A stretch of DNA of 64,000 nt from an uncultured Desulfosarcina sp. (GTDB lineage: Bacteria > Desulfobacterota > Desulfobacteria > Desulfobacterales > Desulfosarcinaceae): the NCBI GenBank assembly GCA_963674945.2, contig CAXXWQ010000003.1:544001-608000 (forward strand), in the 5' to 3' direction. Positions 1 to 9,629 of the stretch are shown in pieces. Both the position numbers and the translations under genes were made by a program. The notes under the pieces were generated by a model. The model ran no database searches. It saw only the letters and a list, made by a program, of their open reading frames with translations, and was not told where the DNA came from. The stretch's first letter is position 1, and each line of letters starts with the position of its first letter.

Positions 1-123
1 TCCCTTGAAAAACCTGGAAAAGAGATTGGCGAATCTTTTGGGTATTGGCGCCGGATATTCGAAGACACCAGCGACCCATTCAAATATTATATATTTTGCG
101 TATATTTATTTTATTTGCAGTAC

Positions 124-152
124 TTGACAACTATATAAAGTAAAGTTATAAA
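124..152 (+). promoter_or_regulatory. sigma70-type promoter
   Basis: TTGACA-17 nt-TATAAA in AT-rich DNA upstream of the 445/722 genes. Confidence 0.65.
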
Positions 153-444
153 AATATTGTCTGTTTTTCACCTTATAGTGCAGCTATTATGCAATTACAA
201 GGGTATGGAACAACGAAGTCTTTTGTTTGGGGGCAAAGCAGGCCCTATTCGTTCGGTTTATGGAAAACACGAACAACTTTGTCATCTCTGGACGCCTCAT
301 GTCGCTGCTCATGTATGAAAATTATCAATTGTGCAGGCTTTGGAGACCCTCCTGCCAAGTTGATAGTGGTGAGATCGCACGCGATCATTTCGAATTTGTG
401 TCCCGCATTATCGAAGAGAGGTTACTTCTCGAACAGGAGGAAAC

Positions 445-651
445 ATGACTGAAATTCAAATTGGACAACGTGTATCTGTGGACATGTCGGGGTTTCAAGC
501 CACCGGTGTGGTTGTTGGGAATGGCGTGCATTTACACGGCAAGGTCGTTTCTGTTGAAACGTCTTCCCAGAATATTACGGTTAAGCTGAAAGAGCCATTT
601 ATGGGCCGTCCCACTGTAATTGTTAATCCGGAGCGGGTTACGATTTGCTAG
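445..651 (+). CDS. small hypothetical protein (68 aa, beta-rich, possibly SH3/KOW-like)
   Basis: AGGAGG RBS just upstream of ATG; protein-like composition. Confidence 0.6.
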   Translation: MTEIQIGQRVSVDMSGFQATGVVVGNGVHLHGKVVSVETSSQNITVKLKEPFMGRPTVIVNPERVTIC

Positions 652-721
652 GAGACCGATACTATTTGTCCGTATCCATAGGCATTAAAACAGCAAAATT
701 TCATCAAAAGGAGGTATTTGC

Positions 722-2158
722 ATGACACCATTTCGTAAAGCACATCACCCGTTATACTACGACCTAGCGGGGGTAGTCGGCCCCAAATACGTCTCCGACG
801 AAGATGTCGTATTGGAGACCTACAGCAGGGATACCAGCCTGCTGCCACCCAATAAACAGGGCATCGTAGTGCGCCCATCAAGCACCGATGAGGTAGTGGA
901 TATTGTCAGACTGGCGAACACTACCAAAATTCCAATCGTACCCAGCGGCGGCAGAGCTTCATTCTATGGCACTCCCAGAGGAATGCACGGGAGAGGTATC
1001 GTGATCGATATGACCCGGATGAACAAACTGATAGAGATCGACGAGGTAAATCTGTCGGCGACTGCTGAGGCCGGCATGACCACATCGGAGTTTAACACGC
1101 TTCTTTGGGACAAGGGGTGGGATGTACATACCGCCTTTCAGCCCTGGTACCCGGATACACTGGGCGGACAAATCAGCGGTTTCGCCGGCGGCGGAGCGGG
1201 TTATGAATTGCCGCAAGCGGGATTTAACGCCCTTCATATTCCCGGAGTGAAGGTGGTCCTTGGAAACGGAAACGTGGTTCAAACCGGATCCGGCCGGGGA
1301 AACAACATCATGAACAAAATGCTCTACGATCCCTATTGCGGAACGTCGAATCTCGGGGGGATGTTTATCGGCGCTTCGGGTACGTTCGGAATCATAACGG
1401 AAGCAACCTACCGGATGTACAGGGTATCTCCGGTAAGGAAAGTTCAGGCCTACTATTTCGATACATTCGAGAAGGCTTGGGATCTGGTCCAGGAGATGAG
1501 TGTTCTTGAACCCCTTCCAATGTACTTCATCGTTATTGTGCCGGTCACTGATTTCACCCGGTCCCAGGGGCAGGAATCCCCCCTTGTCATTACCATCGCC
1601 AAGGGCAACACCGAAAAAGAGGTGGATGCCAAAGTGGAGATCATCGAAGAGGTTTTCGATAAGCACAAGGGACGGCTTGCCACAGGCCCCCAGGTTGAAG
1701 ACTGGAAATCAAGCTGTGTGGAAGGACGTCGGCACCGTGAAATGGGTGAGTTCGGTTCTCCGGGAATCTGGCACTTTTTTGAGTATTACGTATCTCGATC
1801 CCAGGTAGTGGAGGGCCATCATGAGATGAGGAATTTCATCTACAAAAGGATGAACAAGAGCGGCATTCCATACAAATCAAACGAGGGCTGCATCGCCACC
1901 GGAATGGCCAACTGGATACTCACGACCATCATATGGGTTCCGGGAGAAGATCTGAATGCAAGAGAGTTAATGGGAAATCTCTTTGCCGACGCCACCGAGC
2001 ACGCATGTTCTCATGGCTATTTCCCGGATTGCCATCAGGGATGGGGCACTCGCATGATGGCCAAATACTGGCCCAAAGAGCATTACCAGTTCATGAAGAC
2101 GTTGAAAGGGGCTTTAGATCCGAACAACATTATGAATCCAGGCATTTGGGATCTATAG
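722..2158 (+). CDS. FAD-binding oxidoreductase (GlcD/D-lactate dehydrogenase-like FAD-linked oxidase)
   Basis: VVRP..DEV, GASGTFGIITE and C-terminal KGALDPNNIMNPG motifs; GGAGG RBS. Confidence 0.9.
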   Translation: MTPFRKAHHPLYYDLAGVVGPKYVSDEDVVLETYSRDTSLLPPNKQGIVVRPSSTDEVVDIVRLANTTKIPIVPSGGRASFYGTPRGMHGRGIVIDMTRMNKLIEIDEVNLSATAEAGMTTSEFNTLLWDKGWDVHTAFQPWYPDTLGGQISGFAGGGAGYELPQAGFNALHIPGVKVVLGNGNVVQTGSGRGNNIMNKMLYDPYCGTSNLGGMFIGASGTFGIITEATYRMYRVSPVRKVQAYYFDTFEKAWDLVQEMSVLEPLPMYFIVIVPVTDFTRSQGQESPLVITIAKGNTEKEVDAKVEIIEEVFDKHKGRLATGPQVEDWKSSCVEGRRHREMGEFGSPGIWHFFEYYVSRSQVVEGHHEMRNFIYKRMNKSGIPYKSNEGCIATGMANWILTTIIWVPGEDLNARELMGNLFADATEHACSHGYFPDCHQGWGTRMMAKYWPKEHYQFMKTLKGALDPNNIMNPGIWDL

Positions 2159-2181
2159 AATAAATTATATCGAGATGAGAG

Positions 2182-3387
2182 GTGAAGAAAATGGAATTAG
2201 AAAAACACAAAAAAGCAATCTACGCCTGTACGAGGTGTGGTGTATGTGTTCATAAATATAACCCTTGGGGAGACAGGAAGGTATGCCCGATTCGGGAGCA
2301 TACCGAAGGATTTGAACCTTACTCTTCCCGTGGAAGGAACCAAATGGCCCAGCGCGTGCTTGAAGGGACCGTCGAGATAACGCCGCAACTGGCGGAGTAT
2401 GCATATAGTTGTCTCCTTTGTGGTAACTGCCGACAGGCGTGCGGATGTCTGGACCTGGAGACATTTAAACCTAAGATTGTTCAGCCTCACATCACCAAGG
2501 CATTGAGGGCGGACCTGTTCAATTCCGGCGTCGCGCTTCCGGAACATGTCGACATGTTCTGTACGGCTATTGAAAAAACCCAGAACGTCATGGGTTTTCC
2601 CAACGAAGAGAGGGGTGACTGGGTGGAGGATGCCGGCATCAAACTGGATCCCAATGCCGACACTACCTATTTCGTCGGATGTCTGTCCAGCTTTCGGGAA
2701 GTCGAAATCGCCCAGGCGGTGGGTAAGGTTCTCAACATTCTGGACATTCCTTTCAATATCCTGGGAGAGGAAGAGAGCTGCTGCGGCAATCCCATGCTGA
2801 TGATGGGAAATCTTATGCTGGCCCGGGATCTGATGCGTCACAACTATGAACTGATGAAAGGCAAAACGGTGATCGCTTCCTGTGCCGGCTGCTATCGTAT
2901 TCTCGTTCAGGATTATCCCAAGATACTGAAGCTGGAAGGAGATGATTACAAGATCAAACCCAAACATATCGTGCATGTGCTGGCCGAGCAGATCGAGGAA
3001 GGCAAGGTAAAATTCACCCAAGAGGTCAAGAAGACGGTTGTCTATCATGATCCTTGCGAATTAGGCCGGGACACGCAGACCTACGATGAGCCGAGGAAGA
3101 TCCTTGCGGCAATCCCCGGACTCGAGGTGGTGGAGTTTTACAGTACCAAAGAGCAGACCTGGTGTTGCGGCGGCGGGGGCGGCGTTAAAGGTTTTGACTT
3201 CGACCTTTCCGTGGAGATTGCCACCGACAAGGTCAAACAGGCCAATGACGTTGGTGCAGATACGATTGTATCGGCCTGTCCATCCTGCAAGACGAATATC
3301 ACAGACGGCATCAAGTCCGTCGGTTCCGATCTGGATATGCTGGACGTTCTTGAACTATGTATCGAAGCTGGAATCACGAAAGCATAA
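2182..3387 (+). CDS. Fe-S/CCG-domain protein (GlcF/HdrD-like), probable partner of the FAD oxidase
   Basis: CxxCxxC motifs (CTRCGVC, CLLCGNC), CCG motifs, YHDPC, SACPSC. Confidence 0.9.
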   Translation: MKKMELEKHKKAIYACTRCGVCVHKYNPWGDRKVCPIREHTEGFEPYSSRGRNQMAQRVLEGTVEITPQLAEYAYSCLLCGNCRQACGCLDLETFKPKIVQPHITKALRADLFNSGVALPEHVDMFCTAIEKTQNVMGFPNEERGDWVEDAGIKLDPNADTTYFVGCLSSFREVEIAQAVGKVLNILDIPFNILGEEESCCGNPMLMMGNLMLARDLMRHNYELMKGKTVIASCAGCYRILVQDYPKILKLEGDDYKIKPKHIVHVLAEQIEEGKVKFTQEVKKTVVYHDPCELGRDTQTYDEPRKILAAIPGLEVVEFYSTKEQTWCCGGGGGVKGFDFDLSVEIATDKVKQANDVGADTIVSACPSCKTNITDGIKSVGSDLDMLDVLELCIEAGITKA

Positions 3388-3701
3388 TTGAGGAGATTGC
3401 AAGCATGGCAGATGTCAAAATTGGACACATGGAAAACGCTCCCGAGTGGTACGGCCTACCGCTGAAGGAGCAACACTTCGAGTGGAGTGTGGAAAAGGAC
3501 CTGTATTGCGGCTGCAGTGTGGATGACCATATCGTTCTGGATGGCGATTTTGACGCCGTGGAAGCGGAACTGAAAGTGCGTGTGGCCGAAGCCAAGAAAT
3601 ATCCCAAGCACTTCCAGGCCCTTGGTGTTCTCGACTACTGGACTCCCATGGAGTATGTGGACAAATTGTTCGATATGACCAAGAAAATGGCAATATTTTA
3701 A
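3388..3701 (+). pseudogene. C-terminal fragment of a uroporphyrinogen-decarboxylase-like (MtaA/CmuA-type) protein
   Basis: GDFDAVEAELK...TPMEYVDKLFDMTKKM resembles the last ~100 aa of URO-D family barrels; N-terminal part absent. Confidence 0.45.
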
Positions 3702-3947
3702 TCATACTCATGTCTCATCCCATACCGGCGCCTTGATTATGGGCGCTGTGCCACATCAGCCACGGGACCGAATCGGGGGAAAAAGCAAATAAGGCGAAAA
3801 GGGTTATTTCACACGATCGGTTTCGTGGCTCTACCGGCACGGCAATTCATCTACAGGTAGGCACAAGGAGGCAACTGGCCATGTTTAGAAACGCCTTGCC
3901 TGCTACTGTTGGAGCCACGTCTGTCAGGCGTAGTAAGAGCATGGTTC

Positions 3948-5078
3948 TTACATTCCCAGCACATTCGCCATGAGGGCGAAAATCCCGTCGGCCACGACGA
4001 TGTAGACGATGGCGATCACTACGGCGGAAGTCGTGGCCTGGCCCACGGCAGCCGCGCTTCTACCGCAGCCGATACCCTGCATGCAACCGCTGATGGCAAC
4101 GATGAGACCGAATACCACACTCTTGAAAATACCGAGAAAGATGTGGGTGAAGGCCAATGCATTTCGGGTTTGCACCAGATATTGAAGAAGGGAGATGTCG
4201 AAGGCACCGACGCCGACCACCATGCCCCCCAACAGCCCCATGAAATCCGCATAAATGCAAAGAAGCGGCATCATTATCACCAGGGCCACAACCCGGGGAA
4301 GGACCAGAAAATCCATGGGAGAAACGCCGAGCGTTTTCAAGGCATCGATCTCCTCGTTGACCTTCATGGTGCCAAGGTTGGCGGCAAAGGCGGCACCGGT
4401 TCGACCGGCCATGATGACCCCAGCCATCACCGCCCCCATCTCCCGGGTCATACCGATTCCCACGAGGTCGGCCACGTATATCTGAGCCCCGAACATCTTG
4501 AGCTGTACCGCCCCCATGAAGGCAAGGATCAGACCCACGAGGATGCTGATGAGCGATACGATGGGAAGTGCTTGCCAACCGCAGGCCTGGATCAGTACGA
4601 CGAGGTCCGACCACCGCAGCCTGGCTTTTCCTGTAGCGAGTCGCACAGCCGATACTGCCAGTTCTCCCAAAAAATCCGATGTGGAAACCAGAGCCCTGGC
4701 CTGAGAAAAACCCGTTTCACCCAGCCGTTCCAGAAAGGATGGTGCCTTCGGCTCTTGCCGGGTCTCTTTTTTATCGTCAGTGCTTCCACCGGAAAGGGAG
4801 AGCAACCGCCGGACACCTTTGGGAAGACCATCGGGAAGAACCCGAACACCCGATGCGGCGCAATGATCCATCAGTGCGGACACGTAAACAAGCAGACTGC
4901 TATCCCATGTTTCCAGCGCATTGGTATCGAAGCCGATAGCACCTGTCCGGGCATCCTCCACCAGTTTTTTCACTTCATCGAGGGAGGGTGTCGGCCGACC
5001 GACCTTCCAGACACCGGAAAGCTGGACAACCGACGAACCATCCGATTGCCGATTGTTATGCACTGCTGCCTGCATCAT
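3948..5078 (-). CDS. mlaE: MlaE-family ABC permease with N-terminal STAS-like domain
   Basis: REMGAVMAGVIMAGRTGAAFAANLGTMKVNEEIDAL and VGQATTSAVV signatures. Confidence 0.9.
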   Translation of the reverse strand: MMQAAVHNNRQSDGSSVVQLSGVWKVGRPTPSLDEVKKLVEDARTGAIGFDTNALETWDSSLLVYVSALMDHCAASGVRVLPDGLPKGVRRLLSLSGGSTDDKKETRQEPKAPSFLERLGETGFSQARALVSTSDFLGELAVSAVRLATGKARLRWSDLVVLIQACGWQALPIVSLISILVGLILAFMGAVQLKMFGAQIYVADLVGIGMTREMGAVMAGVIMAGRTGAAFAANLGTMKVNEEIDALKTLGVSPMDFLVLPRVVALVIMMPLLCIYADFMGLLGGMVVGVGAFDISLLQYLVQTRNALAFTHIFLGIFKSVVFGLIVAISGCMQGIGCGRSAAAVGQATTSAVVIAIVYIVVADGIFALMANVLGM

Positions 5079-5098
5079 GATGGCATCCTGATTTTATT

Positions 5099-5941
5099 CT
5101 ATAGTGCGGCGCCACAGTACTTACAATGGCGGGCGTCCATATCATGCCCCTCGGCACCGCATTTGCGACAGGCCTGTGTAGACACGCCACGAGCGAAGGT
5201 GTGAGACATCTCCACGCTCACGATCCCGGTGGGAACGGCGATAATGGCATAGCCGAGAATCATGACCATGGATGCCACCGACTGTCCGATCCCTGTCTGC
5301 GGAGAGATATCCCCATACCCAACTGTCGTCAGGGTTACGATAGCCCAATAGATACTTTTGGGAATGCTGGAAAAACCGTTGGCTTCACCCTCGATGAGGT
5401 ACATGAGTGAGCCGAAAATCACCACCAGCGTCATGACCGTGTAAAGAAATACAGCAATCTTTCTGACACTGGCCCGAAGGGCTCTTATGAGAAGTCTCGC
5501 CTCGCCGATGAAGTGAACCAGTTTCAGGATCCGAAAAATCCTGAGAATACGCAAGATGCGGATGACCAACAGGTATTGGCTGCCCGGCAAAAAGAGGCTC
5601 AAATAAGTCGGAACGATGGCCAGAAGATCCACGAGCCCGTAAAAACTCACCGCGTATGCAAAGGGCCTACCCACGCAAGTGAGCCGCAGGAAATACTCGA
5701 TGGTAAAGATAATCGTGAAAAACCACTCGATGTTGTATAGAAGACCTCCGAATTGGGATCGGATGCTCCCCATGCTGTCGAGCATCACCGCGGCGACGCT
5801 GGCGAGGATCGCAATGATGAGAAGAAGATCGAATCCCTTGCCAGCCGGGGTGTCGGCCTCGAAAATCACCTCGTGCAACAAAAGGCGCCATCGCGCCCTT
5901 TTGGCCGGCATCTCGTCGTGCCCGTATTGGTATCGAGCCAT
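5099..5941 (-). CDS. voltage-gated K+ channel-type ion transporter with C-terminal Zn ribbon
   Basis: S4 helix RILRILRIFRILK; selectivity filter TTVGYGD; CxxC...CxxC tail. Confidence 0.92.
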   Translation of the reverse strand: MARYQYGHDEMPAKRARWRLLLHEVIFEADTPAGKGFDLLLIIAILASVAAVMLDSMGSIRSQFGGLLYNIEWFFTIIFTIEYFLRLTCVGRPFAYAVSFYGLVDLLAIVPTYLSLFLPGSQYLLVIRILRILRIFRILKLVHFIGEARLLIRALRASVRKIAVFLYTVMTLVVIFGSLMYLIEGEANGFSSIPKSIYWAIVTLTTVGYGDISPQTGIGQSVASMVMILGYAIIAVPTGIVSVEMSHTFARGVSTQACRKCGAEGHDMDARHCKYCGAAL

Positions 5942-6246
5942 TATTTCTTTTTGTAATGGGAAGTTGCCTTGTCAAAGGCAGAGGACAAGGACTTCCAGGC
6001 ATCTTCCACTCCGCCTTTCAGGTCTACCCAGGCATTTTCCCCTGCAGCGTCCAACTCATTGATCTTTTCCTTCATCTGCATGCGGTATTTTCTGAATGCC
6101 TCGCGCTTTTCCTCGAATTTTTTGATTGCATCGGCACTCTCGTGCTGGGCCTTGGCTTCGAATTTGTTACGCTCGATGTTCCATCGATAGTTCAGGTCAT
6201 CGAGCTTCTTTTTCATCTGATGTAAAAGGTCATCTTTGTTCATCAT
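5941..6246 (-). CDS. coiled-coil hypothetical protein
   Basis: helical charged sequence ending AWVDLKGGVEDAW; GAGG RBS; 1-nt overlap with next gene. Confidence 0.7.
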   Translation of the reverse strand: MMNKDDLLHQMKKKLDDLNYRWNIERNKFEAKAQHESADAIKKFEEKREAFRKYRMQMKEKINELDAAGENAWVDLKGGVEDAWKSLSSAFDKATSHYKKK

Positions 6247-6441
6247 GACACCCTCTGCCCTGTTGGTTGATTTTGTGAACCGACAATGAAAGGACAACAC
6301 CATCTATTTTCTATACCGCCGACCACCTAATGAATGCAAGGATCTCTTTGGTGTCGGCCGTCCATGGTTTTACCGTACCATTTTTCAAAATTCGGCTGTT
6401 TCCGGCTTGGGATGAATCCCTGAAAGTTGCCTTCACAATAC

Positions 6442-6479
6442 AAAAAAACCCGCCTTTGTGTGTAAAGGCGGGCTCTTTT
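6442..6479 (-). terminator. intrinsic terminator downstream of the C25 peptidase gene
   Basis: CCCGCCTTT-6 nt-AAAGGCGGG stem with A7 on + (U7 on -). Confidence 0.8.
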
Positions 6480-6507
6480 GTATCGATTGGAAAATCGGGA
6501 TTCGGGT

Positions 6508-8739
6508 TTATTTCATGACAATCGGGTAAGGTATCAACTTTTTACCGATGGGATACGGGAGGAGCTTGATAATTTTCATGGCAACACGATTCGATACATA
6601 CTCGTTCTGGCAATCCCGGTCATCCAGCACGACGTAGACGGAACTCGGTGGCTTGATGCCTTCGGCAACGGAGAACCAGAGTTTGGTTAAATCGTCGTTG
6701 GCGTCAAGGGCGCAGAAGCCATACATCCTTGTATCCGTATCACCATTGTAGATATCCACCCAGGTTCGGGATGAATTGCTATTCAAACCACAGGGTGCCA
6801 GATGCGGCGCGGCTTCGAAGAGCTGGTTGGGATAGTCCGCCCAATTCTTCACCTTCAGATTGTAGCGAATGTATTTTTTCAGACCAACCGTGTACTTGGT
6901 CGTACCGGTGAACACCAGTTCCGGCTTGGGCAATTCAGGGAAGCAGGCGGGGCCGACGTTTATGGAAGGATCACCGAAGATATGCCAGGTTAGGAACATG
7001 TTGGTACCGCCTTCCCCGTCACCGGCACCATACGCATCCATCATTGCCGCCGACGCATTGAAGCAAAGCGCACCAAAGGATGAGTAGTCCTCGTTTACAA
7101 GCATATCATTGAATTCATCCTGCGCTTCCATGGGAGGGCTCCAGGATTGATTGATGGAAGAGCCGTAAAAACCGATGGCCCCGGTGGGGTTTCCAGTCGC
7201 GTCATTTTTCGCACGCAACCATGTTTCGGCAAAACAGGTGGAACCGGTAAAATTGCCATTCACACAGGCGACGGAGAAAATGAAAGGAAGCTCATTGTCA
7301 TTGACGAGGTCGTTTACATCCGCGTTTGAAAAACCCGAACTCGTCCAGCTGGTTGTACTTCCGTGCCCCGTATAATTGATAATGGAAACCCCGCTGTTCA
7401 CACCCGATGCAATTGCCGCGGCTGTCGGGTTACCGGCGGTGTCCGCACCACCTTGCGAACCATCGTAGAATTCACCGATGCTTGCATAATGCCAGCCGGA
7501 CAATACAGTGCGTACGTTACGAATGTGCTCGTAGTCGTATTCTCCATCATCTCCAGGCCCCTGACTGGAGGCAATTCCCATCCCGTTATGAAACCATACG
7601 CCTTTTCCGGTCGTTTCGTACACAATGGTCCGCTGCACCATCGTGTCCACCTGAGATCCGTCTTCGGCGGAAAATCGCCCGATAAAAATATCCGGGTAAT
7701 TATCCGAGCCCGACAGGAGCGAATAGCTGGGGTCGGACCCGCCACCCAGATGAAATGGGGTTGGAATCTGGGCATAGTCACCGACGAGCAGCACGTAGGT
7801 CAAGGATTCGTGCGTGTTATAATAGTTTTGAAGATAGTCCTTGATTTCGGCCGGCGTCGTGCCCACTTCGCTCATGCCGACCATGGTCGTTTTTAGACCG
7901 ATGTCATTTTTATGATCCACAAAAGGCGTCATTTCATCGGTGAAGTCATCGTCCGCAATGACAAGCATGACAACATCATCATCGTATAATTCAAACAGCT
8001 TGCCATCCATCAGCGCCATATTGATAAAGTGCTTTTGATAAACGGGGGCAAAATATGGATTATATTTTTCGGTTCTTCTATCCAGTGCGTTTCGATCGTC
8101 CTGCCCCTCAAAATGGATTTTGATCCTCAGGTGTGTGTAAACACGTAACGTTCCTGTAACCGGATTATAGACAAAGGGAGAAATGTCAACGGAAAGCCCC
8201 CTCACCTCCCTCATTACATAAGGTTTGCCGAGCCTTACAATGCGGGCCGGATAAAACCGATTGTTCTTATAGTGATCATTAAAAGAAAATGGAATTTTCG
8301 TCGGATCATCGTTTCTGTATACGATCCCCTTGGACGGGGCGATCTGTATCTTATAATCGAAATACTGGGCGTCCATCACCTCTGCAGAGGCACCGGACCG
8401 GTCAGGTATGGAGATACTTCGGGATATCTTGGGTAATTCGGGACTCCCCTTCTCTTTTGTCGATGTCTCGCCAGGAAGTGTAATCGAATAGTACTTCTGG
8501 TTTCCGATGAACACCTCCTTGCGCTCAAAGTTCCCGATCGTTACATCGATGGTACAAGAATCGTCCCTCGATGAGAGGACTTTCACGTCCGTCCACTCCT
8601 TTCCGATATTGATCTTCTCAGCAAATGCAATCGAACCACTTATCAACATAAACGCCGAGAAAAAAACAATGGATCTTACCAGCCGTTCTCCAAGATGAAA
8701 CTTTTTAGGATTATCGATTTTTGCATTATTCCGTTTCAT
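6508..8739 (-). CDS. C25-family cysteine peptidase (gingipain-like) with signal peptide and propeptide
   Basis: YVLLVGD, GRFSA, NYTGHGS (His) and FSVACVNG (Cys) dyad, FGDPS; N-terminal propeptide. Confidence 0.88.
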   Translation of the reverse strand: MKRNNAKIDNPKKFHLGERLVRSIVFFSAFMLISGSIAFAEKINIGKEWTDVKVLSSRDDSCTIDVTIGNFERKEVFIGNQKYYSITLPGETSTKEKGSPELPKISRSISIPDRSGASAEVMDAQYFDYKIQIAPSKGIVYRNDDPTKIPFSFNDHYKNNRFYPARIVRLGKPYVMREVRGLSVDISPFVYNPVTGTLRVYTHLRIKIHFEGQDDRNALDRRTEKYNPYFAPVYQKHFINMALMDGKLFELYDDDVVMLVIADDDFTDEMTPFVDHKNDIGLKTTMVGMSEVGTTPAEIKDYLQNYYNTHESLTYVLLVGDYAQIPTPFHLGGGSDPSYSLLSGSDNYPDIFIGRFSAEDGSQVDTMVQRTIVYETTGKGVWFHNGMGIASSQGPGDDGEYDYEHIRNVRTVLSGWHYASIGEFYDGSQGGADTAGNPTAAAIASGVNSGVSIINYTGHGSTTSWTSSGFSNADVNDLVNDNELPFIFSVACVNGNFTGSTCFAETWLRAKNDATGNPTGAIGFYGSSINQSWSPPMEAQDEFNDMLVNEDYSSFGALCFNASAAMMDAYGAGDGEGGTNMFLTWHIFGDPSINVGPACFPELPKPELVFTGTTKYTVGLKKYIRYNLKVKNWADYPNQLFEAAPHLAPCGLNSNSSRTWVDIYNGDTDTRMYGFCALDANDDLTKLWFSVAEGIKPPSSVYVVLDDRDCQNEYVSNRVAMKIIKLLPYPIGKKLIPYPIVMK

Positions 8740-9038
8740 GATTTGGTTCCCTCCCCCTCTTCACATAAGGACGATTCTCTTCTTTCCCCTTATGCATGGC
8801 ATGAACTGCATTTCTTCTACTTCTTTTTTCCCTTTTGCCCTTCATGTAATGGTTGCTTTCACGATTTATACGTTTCCTTTGCCTGCATTTCGTTCACGGC
8901 ATATGGACCTCCCTTTTTTGTGTAAATGGTTCATATTTGGCCTTGTAAAGCTTTTTAAAAAAATTGTTCCGCAGTGCGAATGAAAAAGACTTTTTTGCCG
9001 ATTACAAATCGGGTCTATGCAAACGATCGCTTATTGCC

Positions 9039-9287
9039 TTATGCGATTTGAAACCGGACCTGGTATGGAATCGTATGGATCGCCAGGTCGGCAAGCCTTT
9101 TGAAATTGTTAAATGTCACCAGCCACAAACAGATATGGTAGAGCCATCGATAATACCAAAACGGCATGACACACACGGCCCGCAGCTCATACAATTTTCG
9201 ATCGGCCCAATAAAACAAACGAACACGATTCCAACGATAAGCGATATTTCTCACCGGAAACAGTACGGCTTTCGTTAATCGTTTCAT
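9039..9287 (-). CDS. small basic/aromatic hypothetical protein
   Basis: GGAGG RBS and a consensus sigma54 promoter upstream. Confidence 0.55.
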   Translation of the reverse strand: MKRLTKAVLFPVRNIAYRWNRVRLFYWADRKLYELRAVCVMPFWYYRWLYHICLWLVTFNNFKRLADLAIHTIPYQVRFQIA

Positions 9288-9355
9288 TTTGTTTTCCTCC
9301 TTTTTCCTGCCCTAAGGATTGCCATCGGTAGCATGAGTTTTTTAGCAGTATACTG

Positions 9356-9371
9356 AGCAACTCGTGTGCCA
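9356..9371 (-). promoter_or_regulatory. sigma54 -24/-12 promoter
   Basis: TGGCACACGAGTTGCT on the minus strand (GG-N10-GC). Confidence 0.75.
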
Positions 9372-9629
9372 AATGACATAAAACCAATGATTACAATCTG
9401 TTTTCGATTTCGTGAAGGTGGATTGGCTACAAAAAGAGGGGATGGATTGATTCAATATGAAGCAGCAAGCGGGATTATTTGCGGATATCGCACCGTTTTC
9501 ATTACACAATTTGTTTTACGCGACATAATGAAGCAATAACAGCCATCGGGCAATTTGAAGCAGGGCGAAAAGGATATGAGGCAAATTCCTGGATGCACCA
9601 AGAATTCAAAGGGATTTATAAAGGAGGGG

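Noticed and set aside
227..448. 73-aa ORF upstream of 445
   Set aside because: TTG start, no clear RBS or family signal; may be leader sequence
3909..5204. Long opposite-strand ORFs (also 19579-20658, 40088-41524, 55841-57268)
   Set aside because: Antisense shadows of well-supported genes, with no motifs
8730..8913. Minus-strand GGGAGG followed by ATG-CCG-TGA; readthrough would give MP-U-TK-C (UxxC)
   Set aside because: No hairpin after the UGA, purine-rich low-complexity frame, not in frame with the protease; probably chance
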